Notes: generated by a model from the letters alone, not told the origin. 64,000 nt of DNA from Paraphysomonas bandaiensis (GCA_965644295.1 CBFFRP010000059.1:62001-126000); one strand, 5' to 3'; shown: positions 14,234 through 29,203, numbered from the stretch's first letter. Made by a program: numbers and translations.

Positions 14234-14645
14234 ACGCTATTCATTGCAGCCAAGTGCTGCTGTCCCTTTTCGAAGCAGCTGATTGGTCAACACACCATAC
14301 CTAAAAAAAACACCCTGTCATTAAAAACATTATAGAAAATTTGTGATTTTTTGTCAAAAAAATTAAAAAAAACAGCTTTCTACACAAAATCTGAATATAC
14401 GCAAAAAAAACACAGATATTCACATTTTCCACTCTAATAATCAGGATTTTAACACTTGTCTGCAATCACTACCCACTAAATTCATGTTCATCATATCTAA
14501 CTGCACTCCATTTAAGTCACTCACATTCAAAGTATTGTTGAATGTAATCATTCAATAAGAAAACATTCTAATCATATCATTGAATAAGGAGGATACTTAT
14601 CAACCTCTCATACATCACATATATCTCATACAACCCTTTTAAGAT

Positions 14646-15744
14646 ATGTTTATACAAGTCCTATCTGTTGGACTCGTATGTATGTTATGGATATCACATT
14701 CACTAGAGAATCCTCATACAATATGTGATATTAATAGTGATGGATATGTTGATAAAAATGAATTTGAATCATGTGCAAAGTTTCCTAGTGTTGTAGGTAA
14801 CAAGAAGAAAGATGCTGTGATTGAAATATTTCGATTATTTGATTTCAATAGTGATAATTTATTATCAGAATATGAGCTTAAGAAATTTATTGAAGCTGCA
14901 GAAAAAGATGAGCAAGAAGTGGAAGTGGTAACAAAGGATGGGAAGCGAAAGTTTATGAAACAGAGTGAATTTCTAAAGATGGCCGAGAAGCGGACAGAGG
15001 GCATCAGCATGGACGGAGGCCAAATGAAGAAAACGGAAGAGGGATCCGCTAGTATTGAAAAAATCATGAAGGAGAATCCGAGTCTTGCTAGGTTTATAGG
15101 TCTGGGACGCTGGGCACATAACCGTATTCAACATATGAAGTATGCTACTGGGAAGCTCTTGAATGTAAGATCACTAGACGACATAGCGCACCCATCTGGC
15201 GGGCACGAGGAGTTTGAGGTTGTGCATTTTTTTAGTTGGAGTGTGCTTATGTTTAATAGACCAGAGTGGAGATACTGATGAAGGCTAGCGACACAGACGA
15301 TACTGAGGTGAAATTTGAGGTGAGTAGAGACATTGGCATCTGAGATCCTTCTTTTTATGGTGCTGTTTGGTGCATGGGCGATATTGAATGCATATATATG
15401 ATAATGTTTAAGCCGTATTGTGGTATAAATCGTTAGGATTTTTTGTCGCAAACACTAATGATTTCATCCAGGCTATTATTTTACGAGAACCTTCTGTCTA
15501 CGGACATGGCCTCCGTATGACACAATTATACATGTTATCCAGTGATGGATCCCGACTCAAAGAGCTCCCACCACCTCTTTCGAAGTATGTGAAAGTACCA
15601 ATGAATTTGTTATATACTATGATTGTATTGTTCGTCATATTATATGCTATATGGGTGCGACCTAAGATGCCTAGTTCACGTTTCTTACAAAATATGTCAG
15701 GTGGAGGCGATACGGTGGCTATTTATGTGGTGTGGTGTTTATAA
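14646..15744 (+). CDS. Secretory-pathway EF-hand protein with C-terminal transmembrane segment (spliced)
   Basis: Hydrophobic N-terminal signal; EF loops DINSDGYVDKNE and DFNSDNLLSEYE; downstream exon with LLYTMIVLFVILYAIWV. Confidence 0.7.
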
Positions 15745-16098
15745 TTTTGTATTTCTTGGTACCGTTCTTTATTTTATACGGTTACCCTAACATTTGAAGA
15801 TAAGGTGTGTATAGCTAGGTGCAGCTGTTCGTGGTATGCATCTTTAATTCTAGTAGTTAACGTTTTCGAAATGTCATTACAAAACTGCAAGTATGAGCTC
15901 TCTTCAACTCTTCAACTAACACTTAAGCACACATTGTTGAGATTTACTTATTTGTGAGTAATTAAAAGTTGCATTTCAATGGTTTAGAAGAATATAGTAG
16001 TTAAAACAGTTTTACATGAGTTAGTGAAATGATAGAAATAGAAACAATGGCAGTGAAACTGAAAAATAGTGACTATATACTATATATAAATTATAAAT

Positions 16099-16849
16099 AT
16101 GTTCGGAAGAGACGGAACCAATTTGTACCAAGCCCACCAGTTATTTGATGTACTACTACAAAAATTTCCAGAGCTGCATCTATACCTTTCCCCGAATGCA
16201 AGCATTGTTGCCAGTGCAAATTTTGAGAAGGCAGTGGCTAAAATTCAAGGGAACGATGAAAGAGAATTGACAGGCAATAAAAGAAGAGCAGTTAGACATT
16301 TGCAAGTGGATTCAGCCATGGAGGTTGGTGTACCCGACAGAAATAACGAGGACGAGAGTGAAGGAACTGATTTTGCACAACGTGTTCTGGACAGCGCCGA
16401 GGTCACCAAGAGAGCTCGACTTGGTACCTATGAGTCCAACTACCGCTGCTTGCTTCATATTGAAGCACAATCTAATGTTGTTGAGAGAGGCTCTATAGTC
16501 GTGCAAAGTTGATTATGACACCTGAGCGTAGACACATGAATCCATATTGTCTAGAATCGTTGCTATTCCTACGATGTTGTGGGATGTTTATACCCTCCAT
16601 AAAGCCCTGTAAGAAGTTCCTGATGTACCATTAGAGCGAGAGAAGTAGTTAAAATTTGTAGTCTGCTATTTAACTAAATATTAGTAATTAAGGGAGCACA
16701 ACACTATCTATTATATGAGTGATGCTATCTACATTAAGTAAGTAGGTATTAATGGCCATTATAATTGCCGGGACATATTTCATTAATACCATTATAATTG
16801 CCGGGAACTGGACTACCATTAATGGGCCATTAATGATTACCAGGCTCTG
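16099..16849 (+). pseudogene. hAT transposase 3' remnant with one terminus
   Basis: LSPNASIVASANFEKAVAKIQ and QSNVVER, then a frameshift into YSRAKLIMTPERRHMNPYCLESLLFL; same family as 1646-2515; ATTATAATTGCCGGG subterminal repeats ending ...CAGGCTCTG. Confidence 0.8.
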
Positions 16850-17261
16850 CTATATACGATATGAAAACAATGATTGGTAGCAGTGACGATATAGATTTAC
16901 TGAATGAAATATGAGAACACCTATCAAAATTATTGAATGAATACACTACTTAGTTATGGAAGTTTAACTGTCCTATATGTCTTTTTTGGAAACACAGCGT
17001 TTGGTGTTTCGTCGTTGTTGTCTCTTGAATAAAACGTACAAAACCTAAATAAATCTACTTATATAGAAACAGCGGTACATACCTATCAAATATCTAATTC
17101 TCAGATCAATACCGATTATTATAAGAGAACTACACACTATTAACTATAACAAGCTACGATATCTGATATCTCAACACCATCTAACCAAATATGTACAGAG
17201 TCCGAAACAACTGGCATCACGTACATTTAATCAATGGCTTGTATAACCTCTTTCACATATT

Positions 17262-18223
17262 TTATCTATGCGAAGCTGGTCGGATAATTTTAAACGAACA
17301 CACCAAATCGGTGTTTACAATCATCATTGCGCCAGCATTGTCAAACTCACCACAATAATTTGGTGCTGAAAATATAGTCACAAGCTGGCGGTCAGCCTGA
17401 AACTCGTATCCATCTTCGACAACTTGATGTGCACGACAGACTAAATCAAGATTGTGTCTTCCAAGGAAGTCAGCAATAACATCATGTCCAAAAGTATAAG
17501 ACACACCCCTATAAACAAGTTAGTTAGAAGGTTGTAATAGTAATATGCAGATATATCAATAACTCACCTGGCATTATACCCCCAACCCATGACACTGGAG
17601 TCAGGATCCGCCCAAAGTAAGTCACATAGTAATCCTTCGTCCGGCACATCAGTAGGACGCGGAATATCAAATATTTGACTTAAGTGGTCCAAATCTGGAG
17701 ATAGTCCACCGTGCATGCACAATATTTTATCTTCAACAACAGCCGCAATAGGCATACAGTTAAAGGCATCTGCAAATACTCTCCAAAGCTTTACTGAATA
17801 CCGCCTCTTACACTCGTCATAAAAACCATATATTCTATTTAGTGATGCACACTCGTGGTTGCCGCGTAGGAGAAAAAATGACTCAGGGTATTTTATTTTA
17901 TAGCACATAACTAGAGTAATGACCTCGATGCTTTGCTTCGCACGGTCGACATAATCACCTAAAAACAAATAATTCGATTCTGGAGGGAATCCACCGATTT
18001 CAAAGAGACGTAGTAAGTCAGAGTATTGTCCATGCGTATCACCACATATGTTAATGGGAGCTTTAACCTCAAGCAACATAGGTTGTAATAAGAATATATC
18101 TCTTGCAGCACGCACAACTTTCATAATGACATCTTCAGGTAAAGAAACTTCTGTGCCTGGTAAATCATCAATAACTGAAAGTAACTGCGTGATAGCAGCA
18201 TCAATGTCTACAGCGTGTGACAT
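17262..18223 (-). CDS. PP1: Serine/threonine protein phosphatase PP1 catalytic subunit (2 exons, intron 17509-17567)
   Basis: [77 protein letters not shown]. Confidence 0.97.
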
Positions 18224-18946
18224 GTAGTTGTAATGAACAGATAGTATGAATATACCACCTCTACAAGCAGTTATATTATAGAAGATGCAGCTACAATACA
18301 CTGATATATATTCTAGCCTTTCTTTATTGCAAAATACACCAGTATGAGTTATTTAACTGATGATTCCCATGAACTGCTTGTCAAGTCTATGCATATATAT
18401 GTGACTGTCGTTTTATTTCCCTCTACGAGATGCAGTTGCAGGTTGCAGTACAGTGTATGTATGTGTATGTATGTGTATGTATGTGTATGTATGTGTATGT
18501 ATGGTACACAGCTATATATAGGAGGGCATGAGGTAGGAGGAGTACATGTCCTTGTCGGAGTGTCGGAGTACATATTTTACGGCAGTCAGTGTAGTGTATG
18601 GATATTATGTAGTTCAAGTGGTAGAGACCGGTATACATATGTACGTCAAGAGTTTTGAGTAATTGGTCACAAAATAGCAATTTTGTTGGAATAAAGTGCA
18701 AAAAACTACTTTTTCTTCTCTTGGTGTGTGTAAATCCTCGTTTTTCACATTCTAGCCCATTAAAATAAGGGAAATACAGTACATCCACTACACCTACATG
18801 TGTACATATGTACTGCTGTACAGCAGAGCCGTACTTGACAGTTACTGGGCCAGAATACTATACACGTCCATATGGTGGCTGTGAAGCTAATTGCTTGATG
18901 GATGATGGAACATATATATATGCAACTATCAGTTCAAGTATACATC

Positions 18947-20313
18947 ATGCATGAGCGTATATTATTTGCATTCAAACAAATTCCAGCGACTGGAAACTAT
19001 TCTACTGCCAATAGAATTGTATCTTACTTGCGCAATGCTGGTTATGAAGTTGACATCACAACTGGAGAATACGATCCGACGTCTCAACACTATGACTTGT
19101 TCATTGCATTGCATGCCCTTTTCTTTGCATCTTTCCTTCAAATATGCAATGGTCCATATATTGTTATTATTGGAGGAACAGACGTGAATTGCTGTCTGAA
19201 TAATAGTGACCAACGCGAACGTATCACAGAAGTTGTGATGAAGGCATCAAAAGTAGTTTCTTTTAATGATACCTTGAAATCACTTCTACTAGACGCTGTC
19301 CCGCAGCTTAATGCTAAAAAGGTTGAAGTGATTCCTCAAGCGTCTGATGTGCCACTATCTCTTAGAAGTGGGCCAATATGTAACCAGAAACTCTTTCGGG
19401 CGCGGCTAGGATACGCACCAACAGACTTCGTAATTGTTCTACCTGCAGGACTGCGCTCTGTCAAGGCCCCACATTTCTTAGTTGAAGAAGTTCATAAACG
19501 CTACTGCCACGGTGATAGGTCATTGCATCTGCTGCTCATTGGCCCAGTATTGGAGCCTGCGTACCTCGAGCAGCACAACTTATTCTGCCAGTGCATGACG
19601 AATTCTAGGCACGAGGTATATATCCATACACTGCGCCTATTATTAAAATACCTAATAACCATTTTCTAGTGTATGCAAATTGGTCAAGGGCCTGAGTGCA
19701 AGAAATCGGCTATCGTTCATAATATATCATCAACTCCTCCTCAGGGGCCGCCTGAATCCTCACTCTGGTAAATTCACATCTGTTAAGCATTTCTGCTCTG
19801 CCTTCCATGTATGATGGTGTTGTATATGGAAAACGTGTACACTGACTACGTTTGACCGCTGTACTGTCTTGTTAGTGTCTACAGTGGTGTGTCCTATCAT
19901 CCTCCTCTAGATAGACACGATTTCTTTCAGCTTATGTTGGAGATGGATGTCGTTGTCAACACATCGGAAAGTGAGGGCATGTGCGGCGCATTGTTGGAAG
20001 CTATGGAATTGGGAATACCAGTAGTTGCAAGGTAGTACTGCTGAGAGAACTATTGTTATCTAACACTATCCAATCTAGGAATAACACTGGTAATTCTAGT
20101 ATTGTGGTACATGGGCACAATGGCTGGCTGTTTTCCTCTCCAGAAGAATGCATCGATAGGTGTGTATACATTCGCAGTGCGGAAGGGAAGTGTATTGCAG
20201 AGAGTGTGATCCAAAACGCACAGCAACACGTTGACAGAACACACTCAAAGTCCAAAGAACAGGAATCATACGTATCACTCATCGCTAGAATTTCATGCGA
20301 GACAGTTTGCTAA
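18947..20313 (+). CDS. GLT1D1: GT-B glycosyltransferase family 1 domain protein (GLT1D1-like), spliced
   Basis: TGNYSTANRI, IALHA, GGTDVN, AGLRSVKAP, VVVNTSESEGMCGALLEAMELGIPVVAR/NNTGNSSIVVHG match the GLT1D1 pattern. Confidence 0.8.
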
Positions 20314-21051
20314 ACAATAATACGGGCTTGCTGGCGTTAAAGGGGTGGCAAAGTATTTGGGAACCACTACAGAGTTCTGATATGTTTTGATGTTGTGTTG
20401 ATGTATTTGATATTTCCTAAATTTGCTATATTATATTGCTGTCGTCGCTACGTATATCACAATGAAATACTTGACGGCATGTCGAATATATATAGCGTAT
20501 ATTTTGATTCACTCTAAATATTAACGTTGTCGACTACGAAAGCTTTACTTTTTTTGCTTAGCTAAAACTGGTTTAATTTAACATATACTGTTGAGAAGAA
20601 AATACTTTTTAGAAGTATAATATGCTACACTCATCAGCGGCGATGATATACATTATATTGCACAACAATATTATAACTATGAAATTATATTATCCACTTG
20701 TTAATCCATCCGGTTCTGTGGTGATAGGCAAAATTACATTTTCCTACACCCGTTTTAAAGTTTTGGTAATATTCGTGATCAGTGTTCCCACTCTTGTTGC
20801 GGAGGTGGTAGAACAGAGAACAGAGATTATGAGTAATTTAGGTGCTCTCTATACTAAAGCACTTGTTTCTCCGAAAGAAATATAGTGAATATTGATAAAA
20901 GGTGTGTGCAGCACTATCTCGAGTTCTAAGTGCAGGTGACTGTTTCAACCGTAAATTTGAAATGTAAATAACGCGACCAAGTAAATGGCTAATAGCTGAA
21001 GGCGACATGATCTATAACTTTATATTAGCAATTATAGCTATATTCAGATCA

Positions 21052-24000
21052 CTATGTTACTACTGTTGTAAATAAAGGCAATTCGATCATCGGCCAAGTT
21101 GCCTTGGCCTGTTCTATATCAGAAGCCGCCTTCTTCGCCTTCCCTTGGCAAATCCACACTGCGGCCCTCACACCCAACGCGGCAGCGTGAACAGACGCCC
21201 CATGGTTGGATTCACTAATTGAGAGTACAATCGCTTTGGCTCTATTTGCGTCATCTATATCTCTGCTGTGTTGGTAGCGGCGAAGGTATGCAATCGAGGA
21301 AAGAACCAAACAACGTCCCTGCAATAAATGCGTCGACTCCGTGCTTCTATCTGTCATCGACCCGTAAAGCTCATGTGCAGTCATGAAATATTTCTCGGCA
21401 GAAGATGCGTCTCGGCTACAAGAATAGACCTGTCCAATCTCAATCGAAAGCATTGCAGTGTAGGCAGCGGAATTAGACTGTGCTATGCACGTCTCGTACG
21501 CTGAAATAGCCTTGGCGTAATCACACTCAGCAAAAAGCTTTCGCGCCGTGGATATATCTGGTGACCGGGTGGAAGAGTCGGATATGAGACTACGGAGTTG
21601 ATCACGTGAGCTGGTGAGAAATGACACATATGACGAATGCTTTGCTTCAACGAAATCAATTATGGTTGAGCACAAACTCAAGTAACTGTCGTCACTAAAG
21701 CATCCACAAGTCGGTGCAGGGAGTTCTATTTCATGCCTTTCCTCTGGCGTAGAACATACAGCCTGTTCGTACTCAGGAGAGTATTTGTTTCCCAAGACTG
21801 CATCAGAGTACATTTGACCAGCCAAAGCAGACCAAACAGCAGCGTTTGATGGGTCGTAGAATGCAGCTTTCAGGAGATATCTTTTGGTCGTCTCATCAGA
21901 CCGCACTCCATTACGAGATTTAGACACGGTTCGTAGGCATACTGCGTCACAGTATCCGGGCACCACAGTGTCCATTTTGCGCAGAGAAATCTCTTTACAT
22001 AGACATTCAGTACTCAAATTTCGGGAATTGTGGTTGCACAATAGCGGGCACTCAGAACTGAAATCCTCCATATCAACTGATGAAACCAACAGTTTTGACG
22101 TTAGAGACAGTGCGTCGCAAGAGCACGATTCTAGCATATCTTCATCGATACTCGCCAGTAACAACAATATTTCAACGTTATTGCCATGAGTTGACATAAA
22201 ATACTTCAACACAATAGAGGCGTCTTCTTTGCGATTGTGTTTCACAAGTGCTTTGCTAACAGTAACCACAGCATTCGCTGACCGAGATAAAGCATCAATG
22301 AGTAGTTTCAATGTAGGCGATGCATCCTCATTCACTTGAACAGACTCACACACCATACCACCAACTCGAAGCAGTAACTCCGAAAAGTAGCACTTATTTT
22401 TCTCAGTGACCAACGTTTCAAAACGCGCTGCCAAGTCAATATGCTCCAGCAGACCCATGACGTCACTGTCACTCAAACAAATTTCCACTGCTTGCCAAAT
22501 TTTCTGGGCACTTTCAATAAAATCACGATTCATACAACACTGGATTGGTGTCGAAATCTGATTCCTTTCTCTGCTCACATTGTCAGTTGCACCGAGCACA
22601 CGCTTGCGAAGGCTGGATGTCTCCAGTGAATGGGCATCAGTGGCGTCTGTAAAAGACTCGTCGCTCAGCGATGCACGTCTCATACCGTGACACATGTCAA
22701 TCCCACTTAATATATGCTTCGCTATTGTGTCTACTGAAGTTTCTGCGTATGCCTTCTCTTCATCGGATATACGCAACCGCGACGCATCCATATTTACCAA
22801 GATGACATCAAGAGCATCCACCCCTTTCTTGTACGCTGACAAGGCCATATCCCATGCACCACGAAACGTGTACGACCATCCAAGGAGTGCCCACGCCACG
22901 GGATGCAAGGGTCGTGTTTCTAAAAAAGACCGCAATGGTCTCTCCACAGCAAAACGAACTTCAACAGCTGTCACACAGTTAAGATGGACAGTAGAAAACG
23001 TATCCTGGATTTTATTATCAGGAGTTAAGATACCTTTTAGCCGCATCCAAGATATTGCAATGCCCAGAAGGGCATCAGGTGGCTTAGCAACCTCAAGCGC
23101 AGCTGAGTAGGCGTCATATTGTTGAATTTTCGCCAACATCAGTTCCTTCTCATCTGATGGAGGTGTACTGGCAGTTTCCTTCTCTATAAGAGCACCAAGC
23201 GTCATCCAATGCAAAGGATTCGACTCCATCAGCTGCACTGCGCTCATACATTGGCGTGCCTCCTTGTAAAGGCCATGCTGTACCAGCAGAAGACCCGCAT
23301 TGGCATATGCCGCTGGGTTTGCCTCCAACTCCGCCGCGCACACGAAGCACATTTCGCGAAGGGCGTCGTGCTGGCGCATACATAGTCCGATACCATTCCA
23401 ACAACCACTGTGATCAGGAAACTCTCCAGCCTCAAGCCCAGAAATAAATGCCGTCATGGCCCTCTGAAACGTCCCTAGTGGTGTTGTGGTTGTATCTATT
23501 CGTGCGGACTCTAGAAGGCGTTGGGAACTACATATGCCCGATCCTTGTCCCATAGCGGTGATTTCCATCAGGGCTTGCAAATACAACGCGTATCCCAAGT
23601 CATACCACGCCGCGACAACATCCTCAGTCACTGGAATGTAAACGTCACTCTCAGTTTGCTCTGAAGGTGTCTGAGCACCAGCCGCAATGCGAGACAGCAC
23701 GGACTGATACGCAACTTCTCCTTTCTTCAGCATATCCAGGATGTCCTCATACATAGAACAGGTAATATTGTTGGAATTATTGTCGCAGCTATCTTTCATA
23801 TCAAACGGGCTCAGATATCTACCAAAACAGCAAAGGTCTCCTTTCAATTTCATAATGCATGGCGGTACGGAGTCGGCGTTGCCCTCATAACAACGAACAA
23901 ACTTCTCAATAGCCCTTAATCCTTCCATAACGCTACGCGCTGCTCCTCTAGTCCACCCATAGGTCTGCCTATCGTACGCCATGGCAAGGCAAACTTCAGC

Positions 24001-27000
24001 AATCCCTTGCAGAGCAACCGGATCAGTATCTCCAGCGGCGGTTGAAGCTGATTCAAAGTGTTCCAAGGCCTGTGGCAGCATGCATAACCGCCGCTCGACT
24101 TCGGCCATTGGGCACAGCACCGGTACCGTGCTACCTCCTTGAGAAGTGGCTACATCGCATGCGCGTTGAAAGGATTTGAGCGCAGCCGTATTTTGGTCTA
24201 ACCATGAGTAACTCTCGCCCAGGCCAAACCAACAACAGGAATTGTTCGCATCCAATTCAAGTGCTTTCTGGAAAGTATCAATTGCACTCTCATATTCCTC
24301 CAGTATCATGTGTAGCTGGCCAGCGAGAACATAACTCCAGCTGCAATGAGATGCGGTCAAAGTGTTTACTTGGTTCCACAATTTTGTTGCTTGGATTACA
24401 TCACCTGTCTCAATATATAGTTGAGACAGAGAAACGCCCGCTTCGCTGTCCATCGGGTTATACGCCAAAGCTTTCAAATAGCACTTGACTGCTCTATTGA
24501 TATCTTTCACCTGTGTGTGATAATAATGTCCTATAAAGCTATACACGCTTCCAAAGTTTGGGCTGAGTTTAGCTGCAGCCAGAAGCATTGCGATACATTT
24601 ACTCTTTTCACTGCGCATTGTTCCTCCCGCCAACCACATTGCGACGCCAATGCGATATTTGATTTCCGCTTCGATTTCAATGTGGAATTCGTCAGTCGAA
24701 GACAAAGCTGCCGAAAGAGCGGATATGACAGATACAGCAGTGGATTCAGACACAGTTTTATTTTTCAATAGGTTTAGAGAAGAAAGGATATCGTCAACAG
24801 CAGGAGGACTATCTGTCGATGTTGTGGATTTTACAGCATGCATGAGAACACTCCATGCCCGTTCCGCCTGAAGCCAGCTGGACCTCACAGGAAGACTACG
24901 AGAAAGAAACGTATCGACGCACCTCTGAGCTTCAGAGTGGAGTCCGATGTCAGACAATATTGACACATACACCCATTGCGAAACTGGGTGCAAAGGTCTG
25001 GCAATATACTCGGCACTGGCCACGTACATTTCCTCACGGTGCAAGAGCTGCTTCTTATACTTCCTAGCAATTGGGTCTACTGTGAGCTCTGCTGCAACTA
25101 GTGCTGAAGATTTGTCGGAAAGCTCTAGAAGTTCGATGGACATGCATTCTACCACACACGCCTCGGCTTGATTCACGCACTCCAGGGATCGCACTCGAGA
25201 GAGCGGAACCAGTTCACGGATCACAGCACGTAGTGGATTTACAAACTCGGGGGGGAAAATACGACGCAGTGCTGACACAGCGCTCATTGCATGCTGAGTA
25301 AGATACAGTGACTCTCCCACTGATAGTCCTCCCAGGGCCTCCCCTCGGAATCGTACCACACTGCCCACAGAGGCACATGCGAGTAAACAGAGCGTACGTG
25401 CCATCGTGCCTGTAGCATTGAGATACGTTGCACCCAGCTGAGCAGTACTTGCTGATGAGGCATTTAGAGTTGACTCTCGAGCAGAAGTAGTCATTTCCAT
25501 GTGTGTGCTGACAGCATGCTTCCAAGAAGCAGCGCACTGAGCACCAAAACTAGCGGTTTCTCTTAAATACCCACCCTCCATAGCATTCATTGCTTTACAT
25601 GACATGAGGAGACACACCAGGATGTCAGCGGACATAGAAATATCGGGAAATTCAACAGGTATTTCTGTCGAAAAAGATGAATAGAGAGCGCACAGACGTA
25701 GGGCAGACTCTAAATGGTCAGATATATCGCAGAATTTTACATCCCCGAGGAGGAACCAGCACTCCACTAGGAAGGCTTGTGCGGTAAGCACTCCAGTACA
25801 CACTTTCATCGCAGTTGCGGTAAGAGAAGAAAATTCTATGTCAACAAGGCAAGCAGTAAGGGGCTGGAATGATCGAACTAAGCAAGTAGCATGTTTGTAA
25901 ACATCATATATATCCACACTTTTCGACTTGAAAATGACTTGGGATCGCGACTTTAGCATATGATCAACCAAAAGCTGAACTACATCAACAGTACTACTAT
26001 CTTGTAGGCGTTCAAGCGGCAATTCTGCCAAGACCATGTCCAGGGAATGCAACGCAATATCTACCAGCTGTGCGTTTTCCAGCACATCCCCATCCAGAAG
26101 GCAACTATCAGTTGGTAGTGACGACTTACTGCCGATAGATGCATACTTTGTCCTCCTTGACGCCTCCCCGTATGAGTCTCGTAGACATCGCAAAATTGAC
26201 AGCATGGCCATATTGTGACCAGTATACTTCAGCTTAAATTCATGCAGATGAGAGCATACAAATTCTGCCCCTTTAAGATAGTCACAACTCTTCTCATATG
26301 TAGATGCTATATTCTCTGCTAAAACTATAGAGCGATCCAAGTTTCCTTTCCTGACGGAACGATAACATTAAACTGCAGTCAATTCTACACTATTACAACT
26401 CACTCTTTCGTAAAATCTAATAAGTGTAGAAGAGCTTCTGAAAGTTTCTTCCAATTTCCAGTTTTCTCGTATATTTCACTTAAGCTCTGAACAGTATCAG
26501 CATTAGATAAATAACTCAAACTAAAAAATAAATAACATAACACCATTATAACATAATAACATATAATAAAACACCATCATCATAATGATAATACATCACA
26601 TACAAATACAAATCTTAATAATTACACATCACACAACACCATCACAATGTAGTAACAATATTAAACAATGCGTAACAAACAATATGTAATATAACAATAC
26701 ATAACACATATAACAATATACATACACCATAACATATATAACATAACCATATATAACATAACCCTAAATAACACATATATCAATATACATACAACACAAC
26801 AATATATACCCATACATAGCATATCAAATAGTCTGATATACCTTCCATATCTTTTGATGATATTGACCGGCTTTATCAGCAGCTAATGCATCAATGAATG
26901 ATTTCTCAGATGCTTCCAATTTCTCTATTTGTATGGCACAATTCCCATGTAACAGCAGCAGAGGCAGAGGCGGAGATGAGTCGCTAGTTAATGCCTTTGT

Positions 27001-27078
27001 ACATATCTCATATGCCTGTATATAATCCTTATCTTGAAAAGCTTTTTGAGCTTCTTTAATGAGGGATACAGTTGACAT
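21052..27078 (-). CDS. SKI3: Superkiller complex TPR protein SKI3/TTC37 (3 exons)
   Basis: N-terminal TPR exon MSTVSLIKEAQKAFQDKDY; large exon with the Ski3-typical LLAAAKLSPNFGSVYSFIGHYY..DINRAVKCYLKAL..DSEAG and further TPRs; ~1900 aa. Confidence 0.8.
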
Positions 27079-27160
27079 ATTGGTCTCTGATTGAGGTGTA
27101 CAGAGAGAAGAATGAGATGCACCTCCAAGACATGCATTAACAACACGTGAATACAAGCTG

Positions 27161-27794
27161 TATGTATGTATGTATGTATGTATGTATGTATGTATGTATG
27201 TATGTATGTATGTATGTATGTATGTATGTATGTATGTATGTATGTATGTATGTATGTATGTATGTATGTATGCATGTATGTATGTATGTATGTATGTATG
27301 TATGTATGTATGTATGTATGTATGTATGCATGTATGTACGTATGTATGTATGTATGTATGTATGTATGTACGTATGTATGTATGTATGTATGTATGTATG
27401 TATGTATGTATGTATGTATGTATGTATGTATGTATGCATGTATGTATGTATGTATGTATGTATGTATGTATGTATGTATGTATGCATGTATGTACGTATG
27501 TATGTATGTATGTATGTATGTATGTACGTATGTATGTATGTATGTATGTATGTATGTATGTATGTATGTATGTATGTATGTATGTATGTATGTATGTATG
27601 TATGCATGTATGTATGTATGTATGTATGTATGTATGTATGTATGTATGTATGTAGGTATGTATGTATGTATGTATGTATGTATGTATGTATGTAGGTATG
27701 TATGTATGTATGTATGTATGTATGTATGTATGTATGTATGTAGGTATGTATGTATGTATGTATGTATGTATGTAGGTATGTATGTATGTATGTA
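27161..27794. repeat. (TATG)n microsatellite, ~630 bp
   Basis: Read directly; occasional CATG, TACG and TAGG variants. Confidence 0.99.
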
Positions 27795-27958
27795 GGGATT
27801 CCTGGATGTATCTTTGAGCTTCTCTAGGACATTTTTTTGTTGTTGTATCCAGTATTTTATACGTGGATAAGATGGTGTGATTTAGAGGCACACAGAACGG
27901 CATTGTTCATATTCCAAGTAAGCTGGTGTAAGCTGTGCGTGTTTCTTTACAAGTTAAA

Positions 27959-29203
27959 ATGGAGCCTTATCAAAGGACTGCACTTATTCAGGCTGTCTTA
28001 AACGCTGTTGATGGTTGTTATGATAATTCAGATAACGCTGTTCGCAATCTTGTTCGTAGTGGTGTCAAACTCACCAGTGATGAGGTCAATGCTATTATGG
28101 CGTCGTTTTTGATGGAGAGAAGCGACTATCGATGCATCAAGGCTTATGGCGAAGGACATGGCCATGAGTTTTTGAAACAATTTGGGGCAAAAGTGCCTCG
28201 CTGTTCATATAATCAACTACACAGCAACGGTTTGGGTTCCTACTTTCATAAGAATTTCATTGAAGGTAACGGACTGGTTTTAAATCAAACACTGTATGGG
28301 TTGTTTTGTGGGTTATTCCATTTGGGCGGCGTATGGACCACGACTGAAGCTGCTGTCGCTTACATTATGAATAAGCAAAATGAATATTTCTGCAAGCTGA
28401 AGGAACAAATCCGAAACCAACGTCTTGTGGTAATGACTGGTACTGGCGTTTCTCTTGGAATAGTTAACGATAACAAGCTTTCGTGGGAAGGACTGTTGAA
28501 TGCAATTCGTACAATTCTGAACAGCCGTCGCTACAATATTATTCCTGATGATGAATGGGTTGGTAGACCCGAAGATAAGGCGCGGAAGTTGAACGATATT
28601 GTGAACACTAACTTTGCACATCTGGATTATCGTCAATTTGTGTCTGTCATTATGAGAGAGATTATTCCCCCTGATTGTAGTCCTCTTGCTTTGGCGATTT
28701 CCAACCTTAACCTACCCATTGCAACCACCAACTATGACCTCATTTTGGATCAGTGTTTGCACAGATTTGAGCAGAATTTATCGAATATCGCAATTCGGTT
28801 CTCTAGTCAACATCACCCTGAGTTTGTTTATCATGTTCACGGAGTTTGGTTTGACTCGAACAGTGTTGTGCTGAGCAATGATGATTATGAAAGAACTCAA
28901 TATGAGTTTGAGTATGCAATCGGTAAGCTTTTCTTTGACTCTGCAGGAGCTAAACAGCACAGGTCATTGCTATTTGTTGGAAGCAAGTATGGCATGGTTG
29001 ATGCGCACTTCAGTACACTTTACACTGACCCTCGTTTCGCCCATCTATGTCACTTCGCTCTACTGAAAACCGAAGATGTCACACACCTGATGGATATTCC
29101 CGAGTTCTATGATGCCGTCCGCAACAACAGACTCATTCCTGTAATCTATGGTGACCGTTACGACTTACTGCCGTACTTTCTTCAAGAGTTAGTACGCCCC
29201 TGA
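27959..29203 (+). CDS. Intronless SIR2-like (SIR2_2; FAM118/SIRal-like) putative NADase with an unknown ~150-aa N-terminal domain
   Basis: LVVMTGTGVS..LSWEGLL, IATTNYD, YHVHG, VVLSNDDY, SLLFVG, HFALL and YGDRYDLLPYFL occur in the order seen in FAM118 and bacterial SIR2_2 proteins; no sirtuin Zn-binding CxxC pairs. Confidence 0.85.
   Translation: MEPYQRTALIQAVLNAVDGCYDNSDNAVRNLVRSGVKLTSDEVNAIMASFLMERSDYRCIKAYGEGHGHEFLKQFGAKVPRCSYNQLHSNGLGSYFHKNFIEGNGLVLNQTLYGLFCGLFHLGGVWTTTEAAVAYIMNKQNEYFCKLKEQIRNQRLVVMTGTGVSLGIVNDNKLSWEGLLNAIRTILNSRRYNIIPDDEWVGRPEDKARKLNDIVNTNFAHLDYRQFVSVIMREIIPPDCSPLALAISNLNLPIATTNYDLILDQCLHRFEQNLSNIAIRFSSQHHPEFVYHVHGVWFDSNSVVLSNDDYERTQYEFEYAIGKLFFDSAGAKQHRSLLFVGSKYGMVDAHFSTLYTDPRFAHLCHFALLKTEDVTHLMDIPEFYDAVRNNRLIPVIYGDRYDLLPYFLQELVRP

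Noticed and set aside
21884-26218. Many short antisense or alternate-frame ORFs over SKI3 (likewise over the ankyrin gene, BRR2 and copia pol)
   Set aside because: Shadow ORFs of long coding exons with no independent motifs
26824-27903. Long YIHT/MYVC-repeat ORFs (also 29720-30175)
   Set aside because: Translations of the (TATG)n microsatellite; only the part from 27078 is the real SKI3 exon 1
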